A stretch of 64,000 bases of DNA from Candidatus Saccharimonadia bacterium. Lineage in GTDB: Bacteria > Patescibacteriota > Saccharimonadia > CAILAD01 > CAZGYV01. Below, piece by piece: positions 51,343-60,405 of the stretch. The position numbers were made by a program, and so were the translations under genes. Location of the stretch: NCBI GenBank assembly GCA_041906885.1, contig JAYRII010000014.1, forward strand, positions 10,059 through 74,058, given 5' to 3'. The notes below the pieces were generated by a model that saw only the letters and a program-made list of their open reading frames with translations, made no database searches and was not told where the DNA came from. Every line of letters begins with the position of its first letter. The stretch's first letter is position 1.

Positions 51343-52356
51343 ATGCCTCCAAATCAAACAAACAATCCTTATCCAGCCGCACCACCAGCCCAAGGACCGC
51401 CACCAGGCGTACCAATGGGCCCGCCGCCACCGTATGGCCCAGTGCAATACCAGCCGCAGCAACCGCCAATGATGCCTCAGCAGCCAGTCCCGCCCGGCAA
51501 GGGCAAGGCGTCAGACAAAAAGGGCAAGAAGGGCGACAAAAACGAGCGCATCAGTACGCAAAAATATTTGATGTTCTCTGAGATCAAAGATGGCATTGTG
51601 GTGATGCGAGATGGCTCTCTGCGCATGATCATCCTAGGATCGGCCCTGAATTTTGACCTCAAAAGTCAGCAGGAACAAGACGCTATCGAGTTTTCATATC
51701 AGGGCTTCTTAAATGGTTTGCATTTCCCAATCCAGATCATTATCAGGTCGCGCAAGATAGACCTAGGCAGCTACATTGATAAGCTCGACAACATTAGGTC
51801 TAACCAACAAAACCCACTACTAGCGGGGCTGATGGAAGAATACACCGAAAACATCAAAGCCCTGCTTGATGAGATTAATATTATGGATAAAGAATTTTAC
51901 GTTGTCGTGCCCTACTATGTCGAAGCGGTCTCGAAGGACAATGTGACATCAAAAGTCGGCTCTATCTTTAAGCCGGCTGATGCTAATGTGGCTACTCAGA
52001 CCAATGAACAATTCGAAAAACGCAAACGCGACATATTGCAACGCACCAACAGCGTCGCTCAGGGGCTAGCTCAGTTGGGTATTCGAGCAGCCGTACTCAA
52101 GACACAAGAGCTAATCGAGCTATTTTATAATTCCTACAATATCGATGTCTCACAGAGCCAACGACTAATAAAAGTTGAGGATATGACAACTCCAGTAGTC
52201 GAGCGTGGCGGCCCGCCGGCCATGCAACATCAACCGCAGTCGCAACCAGCTCAGCCTGATGATCTCTTTGCCGCCGCTCATCGCCGCGAGCAATTGCAAT
52301 CGGACACTAGCTCGCAGGATGGCTACCCCGGTCAAACCGATGGAGGAGCCAGCTAG
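51343..52356 (+). CDS. VirB4-family ATPase, N-terminal part (Pro-rich leader plus VirB4 N-domain), ends at an in-frame TAG
   Basis: KYLMFSEIKDGIVVMRDGSLRMIILGSALNFDLKSQQEQDAIEFSYQGFLNGLHFPIQIII matches the conserved N-domain of TrbE/VirB4/PrgJ. The ORF stops at TAG 52354-52356, followed directly in the same frame by ATG. Confidence 0.55.
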   Translation: MPPNQTNNPYPAAPPAQGPPPGVPMGPPPPYGPVQYQPQQPPMMPQQPVPPGKGKASDKKGKKGDKNERISTQKYLMFSEIKDGIVVMRDGSLRMIILGSALNFDLKSQQEQDAIEFSYQGFLNGLHFPIQIIIRSRKIDLGSYIDKLDNIRSNQQNPLLAGLMEEYTENIKALLDEINIMDKEFYVVVPYYVEAVSKDNVTSKVGSIFKPADANVATQTNEQFEKRKRDILQRTNSVAQGLAQLGIRAAVLKTQELIELFYNSYNIDVSQSQRLIKVEDMTTPVVERGGPPAMQHQPQSQPAQPDDLFAAAHRREQLQSDTSSQDGYPGQTDGGAS

Positions 52357-54261
52357 ATGGCGAGACAAAAGCAACCCCAAATCGACCCGGCCATTCAAGC
52401 CCAGATTGACCGAGCAGCCGCCGAGCAAGCTGATGCCGAGCGTATTTACCGGGAAGGTATTGTCACCTTACGCGATGCTATTGCGCCTTCGTCGATTCAA
52501 ATCGAAAGCAATTACCTGCGTATCGGTAGCCGCTTAGCTCAAACTTTATTTGTCTTTGGCTATCCACGCACTTTATTTACTGGGTGGCTGTCGCCCATCA
52601 TCAATCTCGATGAGGTGATCGACATCAGCATCAATATCGTGCCGGTCGAGAGCAAGGTGGTGATGGATAATTTGAAGAAGAAAGTCGGTCAGCTCGAAGC
52701 CAGCTACAGCATCAACCAAGAAAAAGGCCGTGTTCGTGATCCTGGCCTCGAGGCCGCTATATCAGACGTTGAGGAGCTGCGTGATAAGCTCCAGGTCGGC
52801 AGTGAGCGTTTCTTCCGTTTTGGCCTCTATCTGACTCTTTACGGCAAAGACCAAAATGAACTCGAGCTGGTTCGTAAAAAAATTGAAGGAATTTTTGGTA
52901 ATAGCCTAATCTATACCAAGCTGGCAACGATTCAAATGGAGCAAGGCTTTAACTCCACTCTGCCACTTGGAACTGACATGCTCAATATCTATCGCAACAT
53001 GGATACCGGTGCGATTTCGACCAGCTTCCCATTCACCACAGCTGAGCTCTCCCAAGAAGAGGGGATTATGTACGGCATTAATCGCCACAACAACGGCTTG
53101 GTGCTCTATGATCGCTTTAGCCTCGAGAACGCTAATATGGTTGTATTTGCCAAGTCCGGAGCCGGTAAAAGCTTTGCTGTTAAGCTCGAGTGTCTGCGCT
53201 ATCTGATGCTCGATACAGAAGTGATCATTATTGATCCCGAAAATGAATATAAGACTCTGTGCGATGCTGTCGGTGGGTCATTCTTGCACCTTTCGCTCAA
53301 TAGTGCCACCCGCATCAATCCATTTGATCTGCCCAAAGCTGTCGATAAAGAAGAGGCCGACAATGCCTTAAATGCCAACATTATCATGTTGCACGGCCTG
53401 ATCAGACTGATGACGGGCGAGATGACGCCGGCCGAAGAGGCCGACTTGGATGTCGCCCTGATTCAAGCCTACGCCGACAAGGGTATCACTGGCGACCCGC
53501 TGACCCATAAGTCCGAGCCACCACTGATGAGCGATCTCTACAACACACTTATAAACATGGGCGGTAATGGGCCAGGCATGGCGGCACGATTGCGGCGCTA
53601 TACTGAGGGTACTTTTTCGGGTATATTCTCTGAGCAATCCAATATCCAGCTTGATAATAAATTCGTCGTTTTCAACATTCGTGATCTGGAAGATGAATTA
53701 CGACCAATTGGCATGTATATCGTGCTCAACTACATTTGGAATCGCGTCAAAATGGATAAGCGCCGTCGAATCTTAGCCGTCGACGAGGCCTGGCAGCTGA
53801 TGCGCTACCAAGACTCGGCGCAATTCCTTTTCTCAATCGCCAAACGCGCCCGTAAGTACTACCTTGGTCTGACCACCATCTCGCAAGACGTGGAGGACTT
53901 TTTGAGTACTAGGCTGGGACGGGCTATCGTAACCAACTCAAGCTTACAGCTGCTCCTCAAGCAGTCGCCGGCTGCCGTCGATGTCGTGGCTGACACCTTT
54001 AGGCTGACGGCCGAGGAGCGCAATCGACTGACCCAATTCCCGGTTGGCGAAGGGCTGTTTTTTGCCGGTTTGTCGCACGTCATACTGCACATATTAGCTT
54101 TTCCTGGCGAGGAGCAGCTGATCACCACAAATCCTCGAGATTTATTAGATCGCCCTACAGAAACCGATGTAGCGACCGAAGAGACGGAGGAGACAGCTGA
54201 GAACGGGCAGGGTGAGGCTATCATATCTGCCAATCCACCACCGTTTGAAAATCCACTCTAA
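52357..54261 (+). CDS. VirB4-family ATPase, C-terminal part (middle domain plus Walker A/B ATPase)
   Basis: GYPRTLFTGWLSPII...; Walker A VVFAKSGAGKSFAV; Walker B RILAVDEAWQLM; the 52357 ATG is in frame with the upstream ORF. Confidence 0.7.
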   Translation: MARQKQPQIDPAIQAQIDRAAAEQADAERIYREGIVTLRDAIAPSSIQIESNYLRIGSRLAQTLFVFGYPRTLFTGWLSPIINLDEVIDISINIVPVESKVVMDNLKKKVGQLEASYSINQEKGRVRDPGLEAAISDVEELRDKLQVGSERFFRFGLYLTLYGKDQNELELVRKKIEGIFGNSLIYTKLATIQMEQGFNSTLPLGTDMLNIYRNMDTGAISTSFPFTTAELSQEEGIMYGINRHNNGLVLYDRFSLENANMVVFAKSGAGKSFAVKLECLRYLMLDTEVIIIDPENEYKTLCDAVGGSFLHLSLNSATRINPFDLPKAVDKEEADNALNANIIMLHGLIRLMTGEMTPAEEADLDVALIQAYADKGITGDPLTHKSEPPLMSDLYNTLINMGGNGPGMAARLRRYTEGTFSGIFSEQSNIQLDNKFVVFNIRDLEDELRPIGMYIVLNYIWNRVKMDKRRRILAVDEAWQLMRYQDSAQFLFSIAKRARKYYLGLTTISQDVEDFLSTRLGRAIVTNSSLQLLLKQSPAAVDVVADTFRLTAEERNRLTQFPVGEGLFFAGLSHVILHILAFPGEEQLITTNPRDLLDRPTETDVATEETEETAENGQGEAIISANPPPFENPL

Positions 54262-54336
54262 TTTCAGGCCAAAACAAAACGCTAAAACCAAAATAAATCA
54301 CCACTACTATTAATAAAGTCGAGTGAAATTTATTTA

Positions 54337-57300
54337 ATGCCTCCTTCTGATGAAATGGAACAATATGACAACCCGATAGGTGACGCTGACGCCGGCTATG
54401 ACGCCGGACTGTCCGGTGATACCGGCTCAGAAAACGATGCGCCTGAAGTAAGTCCGTCGCGGAGCTCAAGCGGTCCCAAGCATGCAAAAAGCAAACAAGA
54501 CAATAAAGGCCTCAATAAAACCCAAAAAAGGCTCTCCGGTATCGAGAATAAGTTGGGGCAAAAAGGAGGCCTTGCAGGTAACCTCGGTAAGGCCGCCGGG
54601 GACCTCAATAAGTTTATTGACGGAAACAAGCCAAAACACCTCAAACAAGATGGCAGTAAAGCAGCTAGAAAAACGACCGAGAAAGCAGTCGATAAAGCAG
54701 CCGGGCAAGCCGCTAAAGCAGCGGTTGCTTCGTCTGGAATAGGAGCCCCTGTTGCCCAAGCAGTAGGCAAGGTCGTCGAAAAAGTCGGCGTCAAACGAAT
54801 TCTAATTATTATCGGGGTTCTTCTCTTGTGGCCTATTCTTTCGGTTATGCTAACCGTCATGATGTTGTATCAATTTATCAAAAACCCGATTAAGGCCATT
54901 TGGGACGGCAACCCAGTTGTATCAGCAGTTAAGTCCCTTGTACTCGAAGATCATGGTGAATCTAAAAAATTTGCCTACGAAATTGACCTCAAAGACTTTA
55001 AAGATTTTCCAGCCACCGGTGCTGTTGCCGCCCCGGCCGCTGATGCTCCAAAGGAAGGAACGCTGGAGTGGAAATATAGCCAGATTGATTGGGAAAAGGC
55101 CAAATACCAAACAATCGACCAGCCAAGCAACTGCAGAGTCGACACTAAACAGGTTGTTAATCCAATCACCGGCAAGCAGCGAGCCGTCATCGACAAGGTC
55201 TATATGGCCAACAACGCCGATAACTCCATGAGTGAAAACTCAAAAGCGATGTGCTTATCTAAGGTCTATCCAATCTTTAATACTATGATGCGCAGCAAAT
55301 TCTTGCGACAGGGAATCAATAAGGAAATTGGCCTGCGCTACAACTATGCCGAGCAGGATGAAAATGGTAATGCGCCGGATATATACGCCAGCCCATCGCC
55401 TTCAGCTAGCCCAGCTTCCGCACCGACAACTCAATCCAAGTGGGGCGTCGGCCTAGCCTACCTCAAGCAAATGTTCGTCGATGATTTTATTCGTGGCCTA
55501 AAACAAAACATTACTGCCGTCGCTGTTCCAGCCACCAGTCCAGCAGCAACGACCGACCCCTACGAACAGCTCAAAGAAAAATTACGCAACAAAACCCTTG
55601 ACCGTATCTGGATGCGTGACACTGGTCAAGCCAATCAGCCGTCCGGTGATGTCTCACTTGATGGTGTTAGTGTGCCCCCTGGATTAGCTAATTTTCCTGA
55701 AGGTGCCGCCTTATTTAAAAAAATATTTGCCTGGGTAAGTGCTAAAACCGGTGTGCCAACTGCCATGCTAGCCTCACAAGCCTACCAGGAGTCATCAAAC
55801 TATTGGGTAGGGCAATATCAAGACGATAATTATGTCTTACAGCACTCTTATATGATCCCAGGCGCTGGTAAACAACCCATGGATAAGGCAAAGGGTGATA
55901 CTGGCTGTACAGCAGGCTGCCAAGGGCCGATGCAGCTTGATAAATATCCTGGTGGAGGAAATTATAACGCCAAGCTGCTGGCCGCCTTCAAACAGACCTT
56001 TGGGGTAGACTATCCGGAGCATGGCGAGATGATGTTTGACACGGCAGTCGGTTATGCCGCCACCATGGCTCAATCAAGAGCTAAAACCCTGAACGATCCA
56101 GCAGCCACCAATGCCTACTACCAGGATAAGGGTCATCGACTTGATTACCTCAAATGGTATGGTACTAACGCAGGCGGTGACAAGCATTATGATGAATTTA
56201 ATAGTGGATCAACCAGCATGAAAGACACAATTCAAAATAATAGAACTGTTGCAGCCAACTTTGCCGTTCGTACGCCGTCTACACTACCACCATCGGCTAT
56301 TCTAGCTTTAGCAACACGGATTCCTGGGGCAACCCCACCTGGAGCTGGTGCTGCTCAAGAAGTTATCGATAGGACTACCTATGCAGGTCTAAAGACTGGC
56401 TACGATTTCGCTAAGGCAGTATATGCTAAGCTTGACTTTAATTGGTGTCAGGGGGTAGCTACCAACACCTGCTCAAAAGGCATGATGAACTACTACTTTG
56501 CCAGCAAAGCTGTGATTGACCGTTACGAGTCAAAATACGCCGATAAATTTCCTGGAGGTTCTTCCACAAAGGCACAATATTACAATGCTATGAGCGCTTG
56601 GCAAAAAACCTCTTCAGTCGAACCGGGTGGTAGTTTTACTGCTTGTGGCGATAATTGCACTACACTGCCAGTGCGAAAAGCAGTCGTTGATGCGGCGGGT
56701 GCATATGCTGAAGAGCTACTCAGAATGGAAGCCGCACGACTCGGTATTTCTAGTGGGGGTGGCGGTGGAGGAGGAGGTGACAGCGGAGCATCAACTCCGA
56801 CAACTCCCGAGAAGCCCAAAGACCCGCTCACGAAGATGGTCGCCCTACCCAAGACTTGCGATAAAGACTTTGCAAATAAGAACGCCGGCCTCAAGTCGTC
56901 AGCCCCGATAGACTACTCGGTCGTCAAAGTTGTAAATGACTTGCTCTGTGGCGACGACCCACAAAATATCAAGCTCGATGATGATATAGCCAGACAGATA
57001 AGGAAAGTGGGCGAGAATGGCAGCTCAAAAGACATGGCCGATGTGATCTGTCGATACTCGCTATACTTGGTCGAATCAGCCAAAGCAACGCCGCTAGACC
57101 GCCTAAAACTAACTCAAAAAACCCGTATCGCCTCAATGGCCAATGCTGGTTTCTCGCATGTCACCTACGCCGACACCCAGGTATCGCGACCACTACTACT
57201 GGATGAGATGAGAGCTGACTTTTATAAAATGAGCAATTTCGCTGGGGCCGTTACCTATCATCATACAGCCTACGGCACCGAAAATGGCACCGCCCCGCAG

Positions 57301-59094
57301 GCCGAAACCCTCTCCGGTAGCTCTCTGGGTATGGATATGCTTGGCGTGCACCCTGAGTACCCAATCCAAAAAGCAGTCCGGCAGCTAGCCGGCAACTGTA
57401 GTGATTACCTGGGCAACAACAGTGTGGTCGATAAAAATGGCAAGGCAACCGACCCCAAGAAAGACGAGTCTTCAACCAAGATCGGTCAGGTTGGTGCGTT
57501 CTACCCTCAGCTCCGCGATCAGATGCAAGCCCTGCCTTATTATAATTCGAAGGAATTTCGCGATGAAAAAACTGCCTTTGTTAATGGCACTGCCGCTGAG
57601 AATGGCACTGCCAAAATAGGCGATGCAATCAGTAGTGCAACCAAGAGCGCAGTTGATCAAAGCGGGGTAGGCCTCGATGATGTGCTGCTTGGATTCGCCA
57701 AAGCTGGCACTAATGTGAGTGACGCCGGCACCGAAGATGGGCCGCAAAACTTCAATCGTATGCATGACGGAGTGCAAGCCTATATGTACGCCTATAACCT
57801 GGCCATGGGTGGCAACCTAATCTCTCAAGATCGCGCTGTAGCCGAAGACATCAAGATCGAGGAAGGTGTGCGTGATCAAGAAAAGCGTCGCGGCCTGGCC
57901 TACCGCTTGTTTAATACCGAAAATCCGCGCTCGCTCGTCAGCCACCTTGGTGCAGCTTCGATTGCTAGTCCGCTGCAGGCTGCTAAGAACGTTGCTTCTG
58001 TCTTTGGTGATTTATTTAGCCCGCTGCAGAATATCGGCTCAGCTAGTGGCTCTCTGAGTTATTTCCTTACCGGTAACAACAATAGCGCCATGGCCGACAA
58101 CAGCTTTAGCTACAACTATCTGAAACTTGAGCCATCGACGATACCAGATTCAATCATATCCTCAAGCCCGATTGAGAATGGTAAATATATCGAACACCTC
58201 AAAGAAAGTACCGACGGTGATAAGCATGTCAAAATTAATGTTTTCTATGTTCCATACGGCGCAGAAAAGGCCGTTGATCCGAATAAGGGTGATCATACGA
58301 TCAAAGAATGGTTTGGTGTTTGGGATAAATGCTTTACAACTTTCATTCCTGGTGAACTGGCCCTAGACGACGATACCGTCCGCGAATGCCAGCCCATCTT
58401 TGGGGTTAATGCTGATCTTGATACTTCCGAGGGAGGCAAATTAGCCCTAGCCTACAAAACATATCACTACAATAGCCTAGTGGCCGACGCCATGCTCTAC
58501 CTGTCTGACCCCAGCAAGGTCGATGAAAGTCTATTTGCCAGCAGCGACCAGGCCACTGGCCCCGGTGCAGGCAGTGCTAATCCTGGAGGCATCGTCGGCG
58601 ATGTTTATGAAACTTCAGTTGATATCGCTTGTGCTGCAGGTACAAAAGATGTTGGCATTGCCGATGGTTACCACGGCGGTGTGCTTATAAAAATTCGCTT
58701 GTGTGCTATACCGAACTTCCCAAGCGGTAGTAGTGAGAGTCAACCAGGAGACAAATATTATGTAGAAGGGGCCGATGGTAATGCCCTAGTCAATTCACGT
58801 GTTTCGGGGGCGATGCTATCTTTGGTTAATGATGCTGCAAGCTCTGGTAATCCACTCTCAGCAGATAGCTCATTCCGCACTATGGAACACCAGAAGTCCC
58901 TTTATAGTGCGCCTCACTCAGCCCCCGTAGCCACGCCGGGTAACTCCAATCATCAGATGGGTCTGGCCATAGATTTCGCTAATTGCAAAACTCACAGCAC
59001 AGCATGCTTTAAATGGCTGGACGCAAATGCGGCCAAATATGGTTACCAGAATTTCCCCGTTGAGCCTTGGCATTGGTCGCCAAATGGACATTAG
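54337..59094 (+). CDS. giant (1585 aa) T4SS-associated cell-wall hydrolase (PrgK/VirB1-like): cytoplasmic disordered N-terminus, one TM, SLT lytic-transglycosylase domain and C-terminal M15 (VanY-like) peptidase domain
   Basis: TM ILIIIGVLLLWPILSVMLTVMMLY; SLT signature AYQESSNYW...GCQGPMQL; C-terminal SFRTMEHQKSLYS...SNHQMGLAIDF...EPWHWSPNGH (M15 HxxxxxxD and EPWH zinc motifs); Gly10 linker. Confidence 0.6.
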   Translation: MPPSDEMEQYDNPIGDADAGYDAGLSGDTGSENDAPEVSPSRSSSGPKHAKSKQDNKGLNKTQKRLSGIENKLGQKGGLAGNLGKAAGDLNKFIDGNKPKHLKQDGSKAARKTTEKAVDKAAGQAAKAAVASSGIGAPVAQAVGKVVEKVGVKRILIIIGVLLLWPILSVMLTVMMLYQFIKNPIKAIWDGNPVVSAVKSLVLEDHGESKKFAYEIDLKDFKDFPATGAVAAPAADAPKEGTLEWKYSQIDWEKAKYQTIDQPSNCRVDTKQVVNPITGKQRAVIDKVYMANNADNSMSENSKAMCLSKVYPIFNTMMRSKFLRQGINKEIGLRYNYAEQDENGNAPDIYASPSPSASPASAPTTQSKWGVGLAYLKQMFVDDFIRGLKQNITAVAVPATSPAATTDPYEQLKEKLRNKTLDRIWMRDTGQANQPSGDVSLDGVSVPPGLANFPEGAALFKKIFAWVSAKTGVPTAMLASQAYQESSNYWVGQYQDDNYVLQHSYMIPGAGKQPMDKAKGDTGCTAGCQGPMQLDKYPGGGNYNAKLLAAFKQTFGVDYPEHGEMMFDTAVGYAATMAQSRAKTLNDPAATNAYYQDKGHRLDYLKWYGTNAGGDKHYDEFNSGSTSMKDTIQNNRTVAANFAVRTPSTLPPSAILALATRIPGATPPGAGAAQEVIDRTTYAGLKTGYDFAKAVYAKLDFNWCQGVATNTCSKGMMNYYFASKAVIDRYESKYADKFPGGSSTKAQYYNAMSAWQKTSSVEPGGSFTACGDNCTTLPVRKAVVDAAGAYAEELLRMEAARLGISSGGGGGGGGDSGASTPTTPEKPKDPLTKMVALPKTCDKDFANKNAGLKSSAPIDYSVVKVVNDLLCGDDPQNIKLDDDIARQIRKVGENGSSKDMADVICRYSLYLVESAKATPLDRLKLTQKTRIASMANAGFSHVTYADTQVSRPLLLDEMRADFYKMSNFAGAVTYHHTAYGTENGTAPQAETLSGSSLGMDMLGVHPEYPIQKAVRQLAGNCSDYLGNNSVVDKNGKATDPKKDESSTKIGQVGAFYPQLRDQMQALPYYNSKEFRDEKTAFVNGTAAENGTAKIGDAISSATKSAVDQSGVGLDDVLLGFAKAGTNVSDAGTEDGPQNFNRMHDGVQAYMYAYNLAMGGNLISQDRAVAEDIKIEEGVRDQEKRRGLAYRLFNTENPRSLVSHLGAASIASPLQAAKNVASVFGDLFSPLQNIGSASGSLSYFLTGNNNSAMADNSFSYNYLKLEPSTIPDSIISSSPIENGKYIEHLKESTDGDKHVKINVFYVPYGAEKAVDPNKGDHTIKEWFGVWDKCFTTFIPGELALDDDTVRECQPIFGVNADLDTSEGGKLALAYKTYHYNSLVADAMLYLSDPSKVDESLFASSDQATGPGAGSANPGGIVGDVYETSVDIACAAGTKDVGIADGYHGGVLIKIRLCAIPNFPSGSSESQPGDKYYVEGADGNALVNSRVSGAMLSLVNDAASSGNPLSADSSFRTMEHQKSLYSAPHSAPVATPGNSNHQMGLAIDFANCKTHSTACFKWLDANAAKYGYQNFPVEPWHWSPNGH

Positions 59095-60394
59095 TATGAT
59101 CAAGAATATTTCACTTATAAAACATTATCCCAGAAGCGCAAAGACTGCCGGGCGAATACTTGCAATAACTCTGCTAATTTTAAATGCCTTGGGCATACCT
59201 AACGCTTCAGTGGCTGTGGCAGCCGATGCCCAAAAGAAATCCGAGTATAGGCCCGGGGTATCTGAACAGCGACGGGAGATCGAATTTCATTGGGCATACG
59301 ACAAAACAGCAGCCTGTGTGGCTAATGCCGCCAGTAGTCAAGCTAATTCTGGTCTTAGTGGTAATGGGTCCCTTCCTGATAGCGTGCCGGGGCCATACCA
59401 TGACATTTTCATTGCCGCTGCTGCCAAACACAATGCCCCTCCTGCTATCGTAGCTGCAATCTTTTTTGCCGGAGAGCACGGCCATAGTTGGCCAGACCCT
59501 CCACCACCTTACGGAGGCGGTAAGTCGTGGGAGACTTCTTACGCTAATGCTCAGGGCCCATTTCAATTTCTACCAGGTACATGGGGTGAATACGGTGATG
59601 ATGGAAACGGTGATGGCAAAAAGGACATTCAAGACCTGACAGATGCTGCCTTTGGGGCCGCTAATTACTTAGCAGCCAACGGAGCTGTTATTGGAGCCCC
59701 AGACGGGCCCCGTGGCACACCATCGATTGAAAATGCAATTTGGCTTTACAACCACAGCCAAAAGTATCTTGATACTGTTATGCAAGCTTATCACGAGTTT
59801 TCGGGTGCTGGAACCGGCATAAGTACCGTCGGGTCTGCCGTTTCACAAGCTGCCCAACAAGTGGGTGTGTGTTCAAGTGGCTCAGCAGATGGTGATGCGC
59901 AATTTATAGACTACACAGGCAAACTAACCGACCCATCAATCAATTCAACTTTACAGCCAACTGCCATTATCCTGCACTGGTGGGGTTTTAAGGGTGGCAT
60001 TGATAGCTTAGTCAGCGGGCTAAACTCTAGGGGGCTTTCCGTACAAATAGGTGCCACACTAGATGGTAAGTTATATCAGCTAACTCCCCAACTCAACAGC
60101 TATGCTCAACACGCTAAGTGTGTCAATAAATATGCTATTGGTATTGAAATAGAGGGCGAGGGGCCGGCCGATCTTGCTGGCTCACAACCCCAGTTTAACT
60201 CCGTGGTTAGCGCGGTTAAAACCCTAATGCAAAAATTTTCAATACCTGTTGATGGCGTTATACAAAATCCTTCCTCTAGTGGCGTAGTGGGAGTCCATTC
60301 TCACAAAGAAGTTGATGCGCTTTGTCCAACAGGTTCGGGCAAGGATGATGTTGATGATACCTACCTGCAAAGAGTAAAAGATGCTGTAAAATAG
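59084..60394 (+). CDS. secreted cell-wall hydrolase: SLT-like lytic transglycosylase plus amidase_2 (N-acetylmuramoyl-L-alanine amidase/PGRP-like) domain
   Basis: Signal peptide; GPFQFLPGTWGEYG (SLT G-x-M/F-Q motif); C-terminal IILHWWGF...HSHKEVDALCPTG amidase_2-like. The start overlaps the preceding gene stop by 11 nt. Confidence 0.55.
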   Translation: MDISMIKNISLIKHYPRSAKTAGRILAITLLILNALGIPNASVAVAADAQKKSEYRPGVSEQRREIEFHWAYDKTAACVANAASSQANSGLSGNGSLPDSVPGPYHDIFIAAAAKHNAPPAIVAAIFFAGEHGHSWPDPPPPYGGGKSWETSYANAQGPFQFLPGTWGEYGDDGNGDGKKDIQDLTDAAFGAANYLAANGAVIGAPDGPRGTPSIENAIWLYNHSQKYLDTVMQAYHEFSGAGTGISTVGSAVSQAAQQVGVCSSGSADGDAQFIDYTGKLTDPSINSTLQPTAIILHWWGFKGGIDSLVSGLNSRGLSVQIGATLDGKLYQLTPQLNSYAQHAKCVNKYAIGIEIEGEGPADLAGSQPQFNSVVSAVKTLMQKFSIPVDGVIQNPSSSGVVGVHSHKEVDALCPTGSGKDDVDDTYLQRVKDAVK

Positions 60395-60405
60395 ATTCAA
60401 TAACA

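Noticed and set aside
54396-54860. 154-aa minus-strand ORF
   Set aside because: Antisense inside the 5' region of the giant hydrolase gene.
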